In this document: one piece after another, positions 28,490 to 38,598 of the stretch
How positions within the stretch are numbered: position 1 is the stretch's first letter
Layout of the letters: the number at the start of each line of letters is the position of its first letter
Origin: a virus
Lineage: Duplodnaviria; Caudoviricetes
DNA length: 64,000 nt
Reading direction: 5' to 3' (one strand)
IMG/VR virus record: IMGVR_UViG_3300048881_000780
Program-made: the position numbers and the translations under genes
The notes under the pieces: generated by a model
The model's input: the letters and a program-made list of their open reading frames with translations, nothing else
Told to the model about the DNA's origin: nothing
Database searches by the model: none

Positions 28490-31400
28490 TTATTTTCCTA
28501 GAATGCGCTTAAATAGCTCAATTCTCTCAGGAGTTAACTTTTTATCCTTTAAAAAGCTCTCAACTTCTTTTAATTCATTATTTCTAACACTTAGTGTTCT
28601 ACTCTTTACTGCTGCCTCTAATTCAGAAGTTAAACTAGTTACCGACTCCACTTCCTTGGCCATAAACTCTAACTCCCAGAGATCTTTTCTTAGATAATTT
28701 CCACTACTGATAATATCTTGTAGCTTCTTGAAATTAGAATTACTTAAATTACCATTTCTTTGTAATTCATCTCTTAGAGCTTCAATTAAGTTATAATTTT
28801 TAGATCTTTTATCTATAAACTCGCTTAAGAAACTGTGAGGATTATCTTTTTCAAGATTCTCTTCATTACTTGGTTGATAAGAGTTCACTAAATCGTTCAC
28901 TTGGTCAAATTGCTCTTGCGTTAGTATCGAAGTATTTCTGACCTCTCTAGCATAGAACTCTAACGCCTCTCTATTTTGATGGTACTTTGAGTTATCTAAT
29001 CTGGCTTCAATTTGAGAAAGGTATGATAGATCCTCTGCGCTTACTCCACCAAGAGAATCCAATTCCTTAGAAATCTTCTCGGAGTTCTTTTTAAGTTTTT
29101 CAACTTGTCTATTATATTGGCTTTCGTTGAGACCACTCGCCTCTATTCCAGCACTAGTGAGAGCTTCTAATTCAGATTCAACCATTGATTTTAATTTCAT
29201 CTTCTTATTTCTCTCTCCAATTTTACCACTACTAATAATATCAAATCTATCTCGCTCTCTTTGGGTAAGGTTTGACATTAAATCACTTTTCTTATTTAAG
29301 CTAGACATTCTAGCGTCAACAATTGCTTGTGAAGCTTCAGGTGTTGAAGAAACCATACTTGAGAGTGTACTCTCCCTCTTTACTCTAAGCGTCTCTCTAA
29401 CCATTGGATCAGTAGTCCCACTCATCTCTCTATCAATCTTAGAGATGTCACTAAGAGCATCTTCTACTTTAATTTTAGCAGGAAGAGAGAATTTACCACT
29501 CTTAAGATTAGCTCTAAGAATATCTTCACTAGATTTTCTCGCTCCAGCATCAGAGATCATAGCTAAACCAGTTTCATCTATCGCAATCTTATTTTCCATC
29601 TCTTTTGTTAACTTAGTCTCTTTGTTTAAATTTTCAGAAAGCATTTCAATGTTACGATCCCTCTCTTCAGATTGAGGCAATTGTTTTAAATCATTAATCT
29701 CTTGATCAAGCTCCTCTTTTCTTCCTTCACTTTCAATTAGATCTTGCTGACTACCTTCCATTGAAGATTGTAGATCACTTGCTCCGTCCATTTCGTAATT
29801 TCTAGTTTCTTCACCTTCTGAAGTTCTTTGTTCTACATCTACGTAATTTGAAACCTGAGCGTTTCCAACGCTAGCATTGGCCTCATCATATGATGCACGG
29901 GCCTTCTTTAGGTCTTCAGAGTTTGGAATAAATGAATTTGCGAAATTCTCAAAATTTCCACCCTTTTGCATGAATGCACTCTTAGCAAATCCCATCATGG
30001 CACCGCGCTTATCCCACATAGAATCTTTAAGAGAACTTAGATATGCTCTTCTCTTTAAAGATGCCTCTTCTTTGGCCTTTTGTTCAGCTGTTAGACTCTC
30101 ATCTCCAGAAAGTACCTGAGTTCCCTCTTTTCCAGGTCCAACAAACTCACCAGCTTCCATATTTCTGATTTCATCTAAATCACTCTTAGATTCAGTCTCG
30201 GCGCTAACTCCTTCAACTTTAGTAGGAACTTTAACATCTTCATCTCTAGTGATGATATCTCTTTTCTTTTTCTCATCCTTCTTATCACTAAGAGGAGAGC
30301 TTCCACTTTCAAAAACTGATTTAGAACCTGGTGCCGATGGCGCACTCATTGGTGATTCAGTTGGAGCACTTGCTCGACTAGTTGGAGCTTGAACAGATGG
30401 GGCGCTCGCAGTGGACATCTCTGGAACCGCTGGTGGTTTCACTCTATCCCATGCACTACCTGGCTTTTTTGGTGCTCCACTCATTCCCATGGCGCCAGAT
30501 CCACCACCGCCACCAAAAGATCCACCAAGTCCACCTGGCATCTTTAACTTTTGCAGTAATCCAGAACCCATCATCTTAGAGGCCATTGGACCAGCAAGAG
30601 AAGCTCCCGCTGTTAGTGCAATTCCTGAGATCATCACCGCACCAGCAATGGCCTCATTTCCAATATTAACCATGGTGCTCATATTATTATCAATTAAGCT
30701 CTTAGAGATGGATAATACCTTAAGCGTTAATCCAACTTTAATAATTAGAGCACCGATTCCAATAAATAGGGCCTGTGGAACAAAGGTCAAATCACTAGAA
30801 GCTACTCGATAAGCAATGATCACTAAGTAGTCAGTGATAAACATAATAAATCCCATTGTCGCTGGAACAATGGCAAATGTTAGATAACTCTTTAAATTAC
30901 TAAAGTACTGTTTTCTAGTTTTTGAATAAAGAATCGACGGAGCGTAAATTAACATGGCAAATGTTGCAAACGCGGCCAGAATAGATATCCCAAGATATAC
31001 AATAGAGCCGATAATATAAGCTACCCATGTAAAGAAAGTTGAGATCATTAACATAATATTATCAGCGTTAAAGAAATTTCTCTTTATTTGCTCCCAAATG
31101 GCAAATTCACTCATATCCTTTATCTTGGCCCAAAAACCAGTATGGCGCTTTGAGTTTAATTCCTTTTTAAGTGCAACTAATCTAGCGTGACTAACATCTT
31201 CAAATTTTCCGGCCTTATCCGCCACACATTGAACAATAGTTCTATTTTTTACCTCAATCTTATCATCACCTTGCGCCGCTCTGATAATTCCAGAGTACTG
31301 TGGCATATCATCAATATAAGCATTACAAAGAGAATTGGATGCTGATAATACATCTTTATAAAGAGTTACCTTTAAACGATGCTTTTTAAGTTCATCCAAA

Positions 31401-31798
31401 TCGAAGTACTTTTCTTGAAATGAAACAGATAGATTTGTTACTAGGTTATAGATATCTCTTAAAAGAAATTTATTATTAGATTCATAGTCTTGAATCTTAA
31501 AAGATCCATAGACTTCGGCCCTAAGCATTCCAATCCCTTTGGTATTACTTGGGGTAAGTCCGGTAAATAGAAATGCTAAGAGAATCCACCAAATGAGACC
31601 CCAGACTTTATTAAAGAGATCTCCCGATTTGCCATTTACATAAGGCTTAAAATAACTATGGTATAACTCCAAACAAAGTGCAAACATCATAAGAACAACA
31701 ATAAAGTTATTCGATCCATCAGTCGTCTTATCTAGAACAAAGTTAACCATTTCTCCAATGACTGACTGTATGAACTCTGTTGAATGATTTAGTGTCAT
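28490..31798 (-). CDS. Extended VirB6/TrbL-like polytopic membrane protein
   Basis: 2 N-terminal TMs, soluble loop, 5-6 TM cluster, Gly/Ala-rich segment, Pro/Ser linker, then ~600 aa coiled-coil tail. Confidence 0.7.
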   Translation of the reverse strand: MTLNHSTEFIQSVIGEMVNFVLDKTTDGSNNFIVVLMMFALCLELYHSYFKPYVNGKSGDLFNKVWGLIWWILLAFLFTGLTPSNTKGIGMLRAEVYGSFKIQDYESNNKFLLRDIYNLVTNLSVSFQEKYFDLDELKKHRLKVTLYKDVLSASNSLCNAYIDDMPQYSGIIRAAQGDDKIEVKNRTIVQCVADKAGKFEDVSHARLVALKKELNSKRHTGFWAKIKDMSEFAIWEQIKRNFFNADNIMLMISTFFTWVAYIIGSIVYLGISILAAFATFAMLIYAPSILYSKTRKQYFSNLKSYLTFAIVPATMGFIMFITDYLVIIAYRVASSDLTFVPQALFIGIGALIIKVGLTLKVLSISKSLIDNNMSTMVNIGNEAIAGAVMISGIALTAGASLAGPMASKMMGSGLLQKLKMPGGLGGSFGGGGGSGAMGMSGAPKKPGSAWDRVKPPAVPEMSTASAPSVQAPTSRASAPTESPMSAPSAPGSKSVFESGSSPLSDKKDEKKKRDIITRDEDVKVPTKVEGVSAETESKSDLDEIRNMEAGEFVGPGKEGTQVLSGDESLTAEQKAKEEASLKRRAYLSSLKDSMWDKRGAMMGFAKSAFMQKGGNFENFANSFIPNSEDLKKARASYDEANASVGNAQVSNYVDVEQRTSEGEETRNYEMDGASDLQSSMEGSQQDLIESEGRKEELDQEINDLKQLPQSEERDRNIEMLSENLNKETKLTKEMENKIAIDETGLAMISDAGARKSSEDILRANLKSGKFSLPAKIKVEDALSDISKIDREMSGTTDPMVRETLRVKRESTLSSMVSSTPEASQAIVDARMSSLNKKSDLMSNLTQRERDRFDIISSGKIGERNKKMKLKSMVESELEALTSAGIEASGLNESQYNRQVEKLKKNSEKISKELDSLGGVSAEDLSYLSQIEARLDNSKYHQNREALEFYAREVRNTSILTQEQFDQVNDLVNSYQPSNEENLEKDNPHSFLSEFIDKRSKNYNLIEALRDELQRNGNLSNSNFKKLQDIISSGNYLRKDLWELEFMAKEVESVTSLTSELEAAVKSRTLSVRNNELKEVESFLKDKKLTPERIELFKRILGK

Positions 31799-31811
31799 AA
31801 TATTATCCTAT

Positions 31812-33548
31812 TTAAAAAGTATTAGGTGGTTCTGGAATCTCTGGAACTAATAGTCCTTCGTTTTCAATTTCGACTTCCTTGGCCCTTCTTTCCAGTTTTC
31901 TCCTAATATCTCTTTCTTCTTCATCTCTTCTTTCTTTATCTCTTCTGGATTTCTCCATAGCATTTAGTTCTAATAGCTTCTCCGCTGCGATCTGATTGTA
32001 CTCATTGGCAACTGCTTGTTGCTTGTTTGCAATCATTTGCAGATCAGTAACATTTGTACTCTGCTGACAAGTAACTTCCTCTCTAACAAAAGCAGGCTGA
32101 TACTTGGTTTTTACATTCTTTGTTTCAATCTTGTAGTAATTACCAAAGTACTTAGACCCAAAAGTAAAAATTTTCTTTTCACCATTTTTAATCTTTCTAT
32201 TTAGCTCAAAAATACGATCGGCATACATAGCTAGTAATCCATTGGCATTTTCAACCTTTTCTCCTGCATTATCTAAACAAGCATCCATCTTCTTTTTGTA
32301 CTTTAAATCAAACTTAGGATCTTCAATATCTAACCCCTTCTTCATCTGCTCTGGAGGACAGAACATACTGGTATTGCTAAACTCACTCTCAATCGCACGC
32401 TCAGGTGCACTCCCCGCACCAAATGCGCCACCAGCTAAGTTAAAAGATGATGAGTACTTCATCTTTGTTACATACTCATTCCATCTCTCAGCATAATTTT
32501 CTTTAAATTCCTTTAAATACTTCTTATCTTCAGTAACCTTAAAATTTTGATACTTTTGATCAATCTTTGTATCTACGGCCTTGTATTTATCATCCATTGG
32601 ATCGTCAGATTTAGTTTTGATCTCTTTAATAGTTTGAGACTTAACCTTTCTAGTCTTTGGATCCTCTTCAGTTAATACAACTGCATTAACAAGTAGGTCA
32701 TTTAACCTAGTTGAAAATAAATTATAGGCCCTATCAAAACTACTCTTTCTAGCTACAACACCATCTGTTTCCACATCATGTTTATTAACAATTCTCACAC
32801 CCATGTCTAAGAGATATCTATAAATGACATCCCTTTCGTCTCTACTGTCTTCAACAATAACTTGTTGCTTCTGGTAAACCTCTTCGTACTCTTTTAAAGC
32901 ATCTGGCGGTAAATCATTATATCCAGGTTGAGGACACTTATTTAAATTAGAGTACTTCTTTTGAGAGTACGCAATTTGAGCGAGTCTCCCAACATCTGAC
33001 TCAATTTCATTTCTACTTCTAACATCCACAGGGTCATCTTGAGTAACATACTTATTAGACCACTCCCCAATATCTCTAACTGAATTATTTAAGCGAGATG
33101 CAAGCATCTGAGCATCAACTCCATCTTTTAGAGATGGTTTACCGTCTCTAAAAGTGAAGGTTGAAGTTCCCGTGTCATATAAACTTCTAGAAAGATATAA
33201 GTGATCATCCCACTTATTTCCTGTTAACTTATTTAAATACTCTGCTGACCTAAAAAGAGCTTCAGCTGTACTTAGTTGACTAATGTCATAGAGCAATGAG
33301 CAAAAATCTAAGATAACATTGGGATTTGTCGCAATACCCAAAGTGAAACCAACACTACCTTGTAGTGGCCAGTTGATAGTCGTTAAACTAGTCATAATGC
33401 TAGATAAATATTGGACATCTTCACAAAATCCAAGATTTACATTTACTGGCCCAATTTGAGCACTTTGATCTTGAGCATAAGCTTGTTGTCCTAAAAATAA
33501 ATTTAGAATCAATGAGCTGTAGACAATAAGGTGTTTCACTAGTTTCAT
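31812..33548 (-). CDS. Large secreted protein at VirB5/TrbJ position (paralogue 1)
   Basis: Signal peptide (AYA), immediately upstream of the virB6-like gene, paralogous to 40570-42198. Confidence 0.55.
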   Translation of the reverse strand: MKLVKHLIVYSSLILNLFLGQQAYAQDQSAQIGPVNVNLGFCEDVQYLSSIMTSLTTINWPLQGSVGFTLGIATNPNVILDFCSLLYDISQLSTAEALFRSAEYLNKLTGNKWDDHLYLSRSLYDTGTSTFTFRDGKPSLKDGVDAQMLASRLNNSVRDIGEWSNKYVTQDDPVDVRSRNEIESDVGRLAQIAYSQKKYSNLNKCPQPGYNDLPPDALKEYEEVYQKQQVIVEDSRDERDVIYRYLLDMGVRIVNKHDVETDGVVARKSSFDRAYNLFSTRLNDLLVNAVVLTEEDPKTRKVKSQTIKEIKTKSDDPMDDKYKAVDTKIDQKYQNFKVTEDKKYLKEFKENYAERWNEYVTKMKYSSSFNLAGGAFGAGSAPERAIESEFSNTSMFCPPEQMKKGLDIEDPKFDLKYKKKMDACLDNAGEKVENANGLLAMYADRIFELNRKIKNGEKKIFTFGSKYFGNYYKIETKNVKTKYQPAFVREEVTCQQSTNVTDLQMIANKQQAVANEYNQIAAEKLLELNAMEKSRRDKERRDEEERDIRRKLERRAKEVEIENEGLLVPEIPEPPNTF

Positions 33549-33643
33549 ATATACATTTTAATAAATCTGAGGTGATACTCATCGTTTCTATTACTATATT
33601 TATCGCTATTTCTGACCCTAAATAAATTAATTAGTTGAATATA

Positions 33644-33660
33644 TTGACGGAAGGTGTTAA
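33644..33660. promoter_or_regulatory. 17-bp palindromic operator copy
   Basis: TTGACGGAAGGTGTTAA. Confidence 0.55.
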
Positions 33661-33690
33661 TATTTGAATATTAACCAGATGGAGGCATAA

Positions 33691-33975
33691 ATGAAGCTAT
33701 TTGCACTAGAAAAAATGCTACATTTTAAGCAGGAATTTGACCAAGATGCTAAATTACCCAAGACTGAAGAGGAGTTTAGAACATGGTTTATCCAGCTAGT
33801 TAAAGAACTGGAGCCTGAAAAACTATCCAGTGGTGGAGAGGCCACTAGAGCTGAGATGAGAGAGCGAAAGAAGGAGTTAGATTCCGCTTGGACAGAACTC
33901 GAGTTCCTAAGAGGTAAGAAAGTGAGCTTTAATGAGGCCGAGTCATGGCTCTTTGAAAGTGTAAAATCTACTTAG
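33691..33975 (+). CDS. Hypothetical protein
   Basis: 94 aa with GGAGG SD. Confidence 0.7.
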   Translation: MKLFALEKMLHFKQEFDQDAKLPKTEEEFRTWFIQLVKELEPEKLSSGGEATRAEMRERKKELDSAWTELEFLRGKKVSFNEAESWLFESVKST

Positions 33976-34255
33976 TAATCGCTTTTCTATAGTTAATCAC
34001 CATATCTTCATAAGAAGTGTAGTTTCCAAAATGACATTCTCCATTTGGATCTGGAATTGGTATTCTAAATTTGTAATCACAAATATCCCAAGAATCTAAG
34101 CCAACTCCCTTTTTAAAATATGAACCATCAGAAATTTCATATTCAATATTCTTTAATTTCTTTCTAATTTTAGAATTTGAATACCTCTTTGCGGATTTTC
34201 TCCACTTAGATCCATAACCTTCAGTTACAAACGCTTTTCTTCTACTCTTTCCCAT
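33968..34255 (-). CDS. Basic hypothetical protein (phage-like)
   Basis: AGGAG SD; MGKSRRK...KRYSNSKIR...DSWDICDYK. Confidence 0.65.
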   Translation of the reverse strand: MGKSRRKAFVTEGYGSKWRKSAKRYSNSKIRKKLKNIEYEISDGSYFKKGVGLDSWDICDYKFRIPIPDPNGECHFGNYTSYEDMVINYRKAITK

Positions 34256-34290
34256 ATAAAAACTCCTTAAAGCTCTCTATTATAAGAAAT

Positions 34291-34698
34291 TTAAATCAAA
34301 GACTTTAACCACGAATTATTCTTGGTAACGGGAATCTTCTTAATATCCTCTTTCTTACTCAAATCTTCCATCTCTCCATCAAATATCCCATTCGGAGGTA
34401 ATCTCTCCTCTAGTGTATGAATATCTACTTCTTTAATTACTGGATCACTATTAATTGGATACGTTACAAGATATGAGGTTTTAGACTTAAGAAAAGTTGA
34501 TCTGGTATCACAGACCTTATCTTTAAGGTCTATAAAATCAGCTGTTTTTAATTTTGAAAATAGCATGGTTCTAGAATCTAGAGCAATTGTTAGATAGCTT
34601 GAAGTTTCTCTTTCCTTATCATGGTAAACACCCAGTCCTGAAACTTGATCAAGAAAGCTACCCATTGTAAGTTCATTTAAATTCAACATATTAATCAC
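34291..34698 (-). CDS. Hypothetical protein
   Basis: 135-aa ORF. Confidence 0.6.
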   Translation of the reverse strand: MINMLNLNELTMGSFLDQVSGLGVYHDKERETSSYLTIALDSRTMLFSKLKTADFIDLKDKVCDTRSTFLKSKTSYLVTYPINSDPVIKEVDIHTLEERLPPNGIFDGEMEDLSKKEDIKKIPVTKNNSWLKSLI

Positions 34699-34747
34699 CC
34701 ATTACTATTATAATTAAATTACGATAAGCACTTTAGGAGACAAAATT

Positions 34748-35116
34748 ATGATAGAAATTAAAAAAGTAAGCGTTGATAACTATAAAATAGATCTAAAGAA
34801 TTCTAGAAAAAAAGAAAGGCCCACAATGACTGATCCTGGATCTCCTGCATCACTAGCGATTGATATCTATAGAATTAGCGTTGAAGATAAGAGCGCTCTT
34901 TTAAAAACATTAAGTGTAGGTAAAACGATTCGTTTTAAAATTGATCAAGACTTACTACTTACTCATCCTAAAAAAGATATCGATATGGAACACTATGCAA
35001 ATGGATGGGGAGAGGGAGAAATCTCTTCTATTGAAAATTTTGATAAAAATTGCGAAGATGATGAAACCCAAGAAATCACAATTAACTTAGAGAGTGGATA
35101 CGCTGAAGAGCTATGA
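34748..35116 (+). CDS. Hypothetical protein
   Basis: 122 aa with AGGAG SD. Confidence 0.7.
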   Translation: MIEIKKVSVDNYKIDLKNSRKKERPTMTDPGSPASLAIDIYRISVEDKSALLKTLSVGKTIRFKIDQDLLLTHPKKDIDMEHYANGWGEGEISSIENFDKNCEDDETQEITINLESGYAEEL

Positions 35117-36550
35117 TTTAAAAGATCCCTTCTTCTTTAACCACGTCAATCGATCTAACCCTTGAAGGTGAGGTGGAATATCAAAGATTCTCTCCTCTAT
35201 TGTTTGTGCCAGGTAATAGCAAAAATATTGAACTGTCTTAGTTGTTGAAATTCTCTGAAATCTACCAATTAGTTGATTTCTCTTTTCTTGCTCAAAACTT
35301 AGAGAAAAATCCAGACAAATATCACAGTAATCTAAATTAAGACCTCTAGAGTCTACCTTTGCATTAAAAAGGAGTATTTGATAAGCGTGATTCTCACCTA
35401 TAAAGTGCGGGTGACTAAAACTCTTAGAAAATTCCTTCATTGTGAGATCGCTTGGGAAAATCACAGCAATTCTAGCGCTTGGAAACTCCTTAATCTTTTT
35501 TAATAATTCGCTCTTTACTTTAGAGATTCTTATATTTGCAAGGCCCTTTAACTCAAGACTCAAGTCATCGGACTTTTGATAATTTCCAGCCTTTAATGGT
35601 GTTTTAATAACTTTAGAAACATTTTTAAAAAGACCTTTAGCGGTTCTTCTTAGGTAGTACTTCTTTACATCAGTCAGTAAATTCCCCTTGGCCTGATGAG
35701 TATTTGTATCTTTTTCAAAGTAAAAATACCTTTTAAGGAATTCTGTCTTTAATAAATCTTTTTGAATAAGCGACAATTCCCCATAGAATCTCAATTGATC
35801 GAGTTCCAAATCAAAGGCATTTAGAAAAGTTATCTTATCAGTATGAGATAGGCCCTTCTTAAATAGTTTATACTTCTTTGTTGTCGTATTTCTAAGGCAT
35901 TGTGATTCATCAATAACTACATAATGATAGTCACTAAAATGATCAATATCTTTTTTTAACTTTTCTAGATAATTCTTATGTGAACATAGCAGTATTGGGG
36001 TATTTTTACTCTCATCACTGCTAATAATAGTGGCAAATCTTCTACCATAAACAAGAGAGGCCTCAGTCTCCCAAGTTTTAATGAGATGTTCTGGTGCGAG
36101 AATTAACGCCCTTTTAGAGGAGTTTACTAATACTAAGAGAGCGCAGAGAGAAATTGTTGTCTTCCCCATACCTGGATCATCTCTAAGAAAGGCCTTTCCG
36201 TCGTTTTTCACAATAAAACTAACTCCCTTTTCTTGAAAGGGGTATAACTTTCTCTTGATTGGATATTCAGAGAGGTTGACCACTCGCTTTTTAAATTCAT
36301 TATTATTTAAATAATCTTCTAAATCTGAATCGGCCTTAAATTGATAATTTAAATGAGAAGCAAACTCAAGGAAGTTATATAAATGATCGCGATTCACTGG
36401 AAAATCCCAATAAAACTTACCCTTTATTTTCTTACCGACAACTTCCTTATATTTTTTTACTTCTTTTAGTAGGATTGCATCATAGGGGAAAGATAACCTA
36501 AAAATAGGTTCTTGTGTGTTATTAAAATATTCACACTTAATTAACTTCAA
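35111..36550 (-). CDS. SNF2-like (SF2) helicase/ATPase, divergent
   Basis: LYPFQEKGV, DDPGMGKT, VIDESQ, RGLNL, QLIGRFQRI, TIEERI. Confidence 0.85.
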   Translation of the reverse strand: MKLIKCEYFNNTQEPIFRLSFPYDAILLKEVKKYKEVVGKKIKGKFYWDFPVNRDHLYNFLEFASHLNYQFKADSDLEDYLNNNEFKKRVVNLSEYPIKRKLYPFQEKGVSFIVKNDGKAFLRDDPGMGKTTISLCALLVLVNSSKRALILAPEHLIKTWETEASLVYGRRFATIISSDESKNTPILLCSHKNYLEKLKKDIDHFSDYHYVVIDESQCLRNTTTKKYKLFKKGLSHTDKITFLNAFDLELDQLRFYGELSLIQKDLLKTEFLKRYFYFEKDTNTHQAKGNLLTDVKKYYLRRTAKGLFKNVSKVIKTPLKAGNYQKSDDLSLELKGLANIRISKVKSELLKKIKEFPSARIAVIFPSDLTMKEFSKSFSHPHFIGENHAYQILLFNAKVDSRGLNLDYCDICLDFSLSFEQEKRNQLIGRFQRISTTKTVQYFCYYLAQTIEERIFDIPPHLQGLDRLTWLKKKGSFKS

Positions 36551-37509
36551 CCTACTCGCTCCTTAAGATTATCTAACAACTCGATCAGTATCTTAAACCT
36601 CTCAACCATCCCTGAATAGATTATAGAATCCATCTCATCTAGACCCTCGTCATCATCGTATTTAACGAAACTTCTATCTTTTACCCCATCTACACCAAGA
36701 GAAGATTGAGATAGTTTGATCTTAGATATCTGTTCACTCATTTTCATTAATTGAGGATTAAAACTAATGGAATCGACCTCAAATTTTTCTTCGGCCATTC
36801 CTTCATAGACAAAATTATCAAGTTTACTAAAACTACCCCTATAATCAATTTTTTCACTCTTAATTAAATTTTCTCTACTTTTAAAAGTGATACTCACCTT
36901 CTCATCCTTCATATCTGGAGAGTCTGATAATAGAAAAAATAATGAATTTAAGATATCTGCTCTTTGATAAGTTTTATTTTCTTCATCAAAGAAGCAATAT
37001 GTTAAACAAGATAATTCAATATCAATACCAAGATATTGCTTTAAATAGAGCATGAAAGAATAATTATAGTCCTTTCGAATAATACTTGAAGCAAAGAGAT
37101 TATCCTTAGTTGAAATAAAGAAAGTAACTTCCTTTTCTTTAATTGGAGAAGTTAATAGACACTCTTTTCTTGCTTGGGCCTCAATAGTGTACCTATCATC
37201 ACGATACTCTCTTTTTCTCCACCATTTATTTGGAAAACCATTTTTTAAGATGGCCTGTTGATATAGATCCTTTTTTCTCTTTTTTACATCAGATTCTTTA
37301 ACAACCACTTCTTTACAAATAAAAGTTAAATAACAAATATCTAAATCATCTAGATACCTTGATTTCTTTTCCTTAAATACCCAAGATCTTCCATATTCTC
37401 TAACATTTAAAGGTTTTGAATCTATTAGAGAATAAAATAGAAAAGATAAGTCAACCTGGTTGTCTATATTGAATATTTGCGCACTATACGTTTGCGTCAA
37501 CATAGACAT
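36547..37509 (-). CDS. Possible RdgC-like recombination-associated protein
   Basis: Size, and the pattern LTFICKEVVVKESDVKK...ARKECLLTSPIKEKEV....NLFASS, resemble RdgC; DNA-repair context. Confidence 0.4.
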   Translation of the reverse strand: MSMLTQTYSAQIFNIDNQVDLSFLFYSLIDSKPLNVREYGRSWVFKEKKSRYLDDLDICYLTFICKEVVVKESDVKKRKKDLYQQAILKNGFPNKWWRKREYRDDRYTIEAQARKECLLTSPIKEKEVTFFISTKDNLFASSIIRKDYNYSFMLYLKQYLGIDIELSCLTYCFFDEENKTYQRADILNSLFFLLSDSPDMKDEKVSITFKSRENLIKSEKIDYRGSFSKLDNFVYEGMAEEKFEVDSISFNPQLMKMSEQISKIKLSQSSLGVDGVKDRSFVKYDDDEGLDEMDSIIYSGMVERFKILIELLDNLKERVG

Positions 37510-37735
37510 CAGTTAACTCCTGTAAGGTAGTAATAACTTCGTTAAAAACCTTTTCATCATTAAATGAAAGACTGTAGTTTTGGGAACATTGTCCAAAGAA
37601 CTTAAAATCTTCTTTGAATTTAAGGTCAAATTTATTCTCAATAAGTTCAATTAGATCTTTTGAGCTTAAACCTGTATTCTTCTCTTTAAAGAATATAGAA
37701 AAATCCTTGAACGTCAGTCCAATTGTAAACTTCAT
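37484..37735 (-). CDS. Hypothetical protein
   Basis: 83 aa with AGGAG SD. Confidence 0.65.
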   Translation of the reverse strand: MKFTIGLTFKDFSIFFKEKNTGLSSKDLIELIENKFDLKFKEDFKFFGQCSQNYSLSFNDEKVFNEVITTLQELTDVYVDANV

Positions 37736-37762
37736 AAAAACTCCTAATGGTGTGTTATGCGA

Positions 37763-37966
37763 TTAAGGAACCATTAAATAGATAACGCCACTTGTGTATT
37801 TTAAGGCGCCATTAACTCCATCCTTAGATTCACTTTCTTGAATATCTAATTCCCTTTGCTTGTCTTTGATAAATGAATTGACATCACTACTCTCGACCTT
37901 ACCTTTAGAAGATCCGGCGCAAGAAGCGAAAACAAATAAAGTGAACAATAATACAAATATTTTCAT
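37763..37966 (-). CDS. Small lipoprotein
   Basis: Re-started at MKIFVLLFTLFVFASC (lipobox); TATAAT 6 nt upstream. Confidence 0.65.
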   Translation of the reverse strand: MKIFVLLFTLFVFASCAGSSKGKVESSDVNSFIKDKQRELDIQESESKDGVNGALKYTSGVIYLMVP

Positions 37967-37975
37967 AAATATATT

Positions 37976-37992
37976 ATAACAGATTGTGTTAA
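37976..37992. promoter_or_regulatory. 17-bp operator overlapping -10
   Basis: ATAACAGATTGTGTTAA, heading the lipoprotein/RdgC-like/SNF2 run. Confidence 0.7.
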
Positions 37993-38109
37993 CTATAAAA
38001 AGCATCATAAGTACCTAAAAAAGCTTAGATGTGTAATGTTTTTCTCATTCTTAACCTTTAGTTGACGATATTTAGGCCCGCACACTACTCATTAAATTAA
38101 AATAGATAT

Positions 38110-38598
38110 ATGAGATTATTAATTCTAGCTCTATTTTTTTCTATGACATCAAGTGCTTATGATTTAATTATTCCAAGCCCTCTGATTTCTTGTTACAAAG
38201 AAAATAAAGACTTTATTAAGGAAAGGGCCTTAGTTACCATTAGGGCCAAGTTAAAAGATGAAATAAAGGAAAAGATGAGAGCTAAGAATTTAAATGATAC
38301 AGATATATATAGATTTATCACAAATCCCTATCTCGATTTAAATGTAAAGATTAACAAAATTAAAGAATACGTCGAATTTAGCTTTTCACCAAATTCATCT
38401 ATTTACGAACAGGATTTTCAAAAAAGACTTCACAATTTTTCAAATCATCCATTCTTAGAGATTAAAAGTATTACTAAAAGTCGAGTTAATGATATAAAAC
38501 GGGTACATGATTTTTCTATAGGTTGTCAGGCCCATTATTTTCACGACACAAAGAATGATGATCACAGAATACAATTTCTATTTAAATGGTCATTTTAA
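38110..38598 (+). CDS. Secreted hypothetical protein
   Basis: Signal peptide MRLLILALFFSMTSSA; ends in F. Confidence 0.65.
   Translation: MRLLILALFFSMTSSAYDLIIPSPLISCYKENKDFIKERALVTIRAKLKDEIKEKMRAKNLNDTDIYRFITNPYLDLNVKINKIKEYVEFSFSPNSSIYEQDFQKRLHNFSNHPFLEIKSITKSRVNDIKRVHDFSIGCQAHYFHDTKNDDHRIQFLFKWSF

Noticed and set aside
29127-30812. Plus-strand ORFs 29127-29675, 29877-30119, 30382-30579 and 30411-30812
   Set aside because: Antisense shadows of the virB6-like gene.
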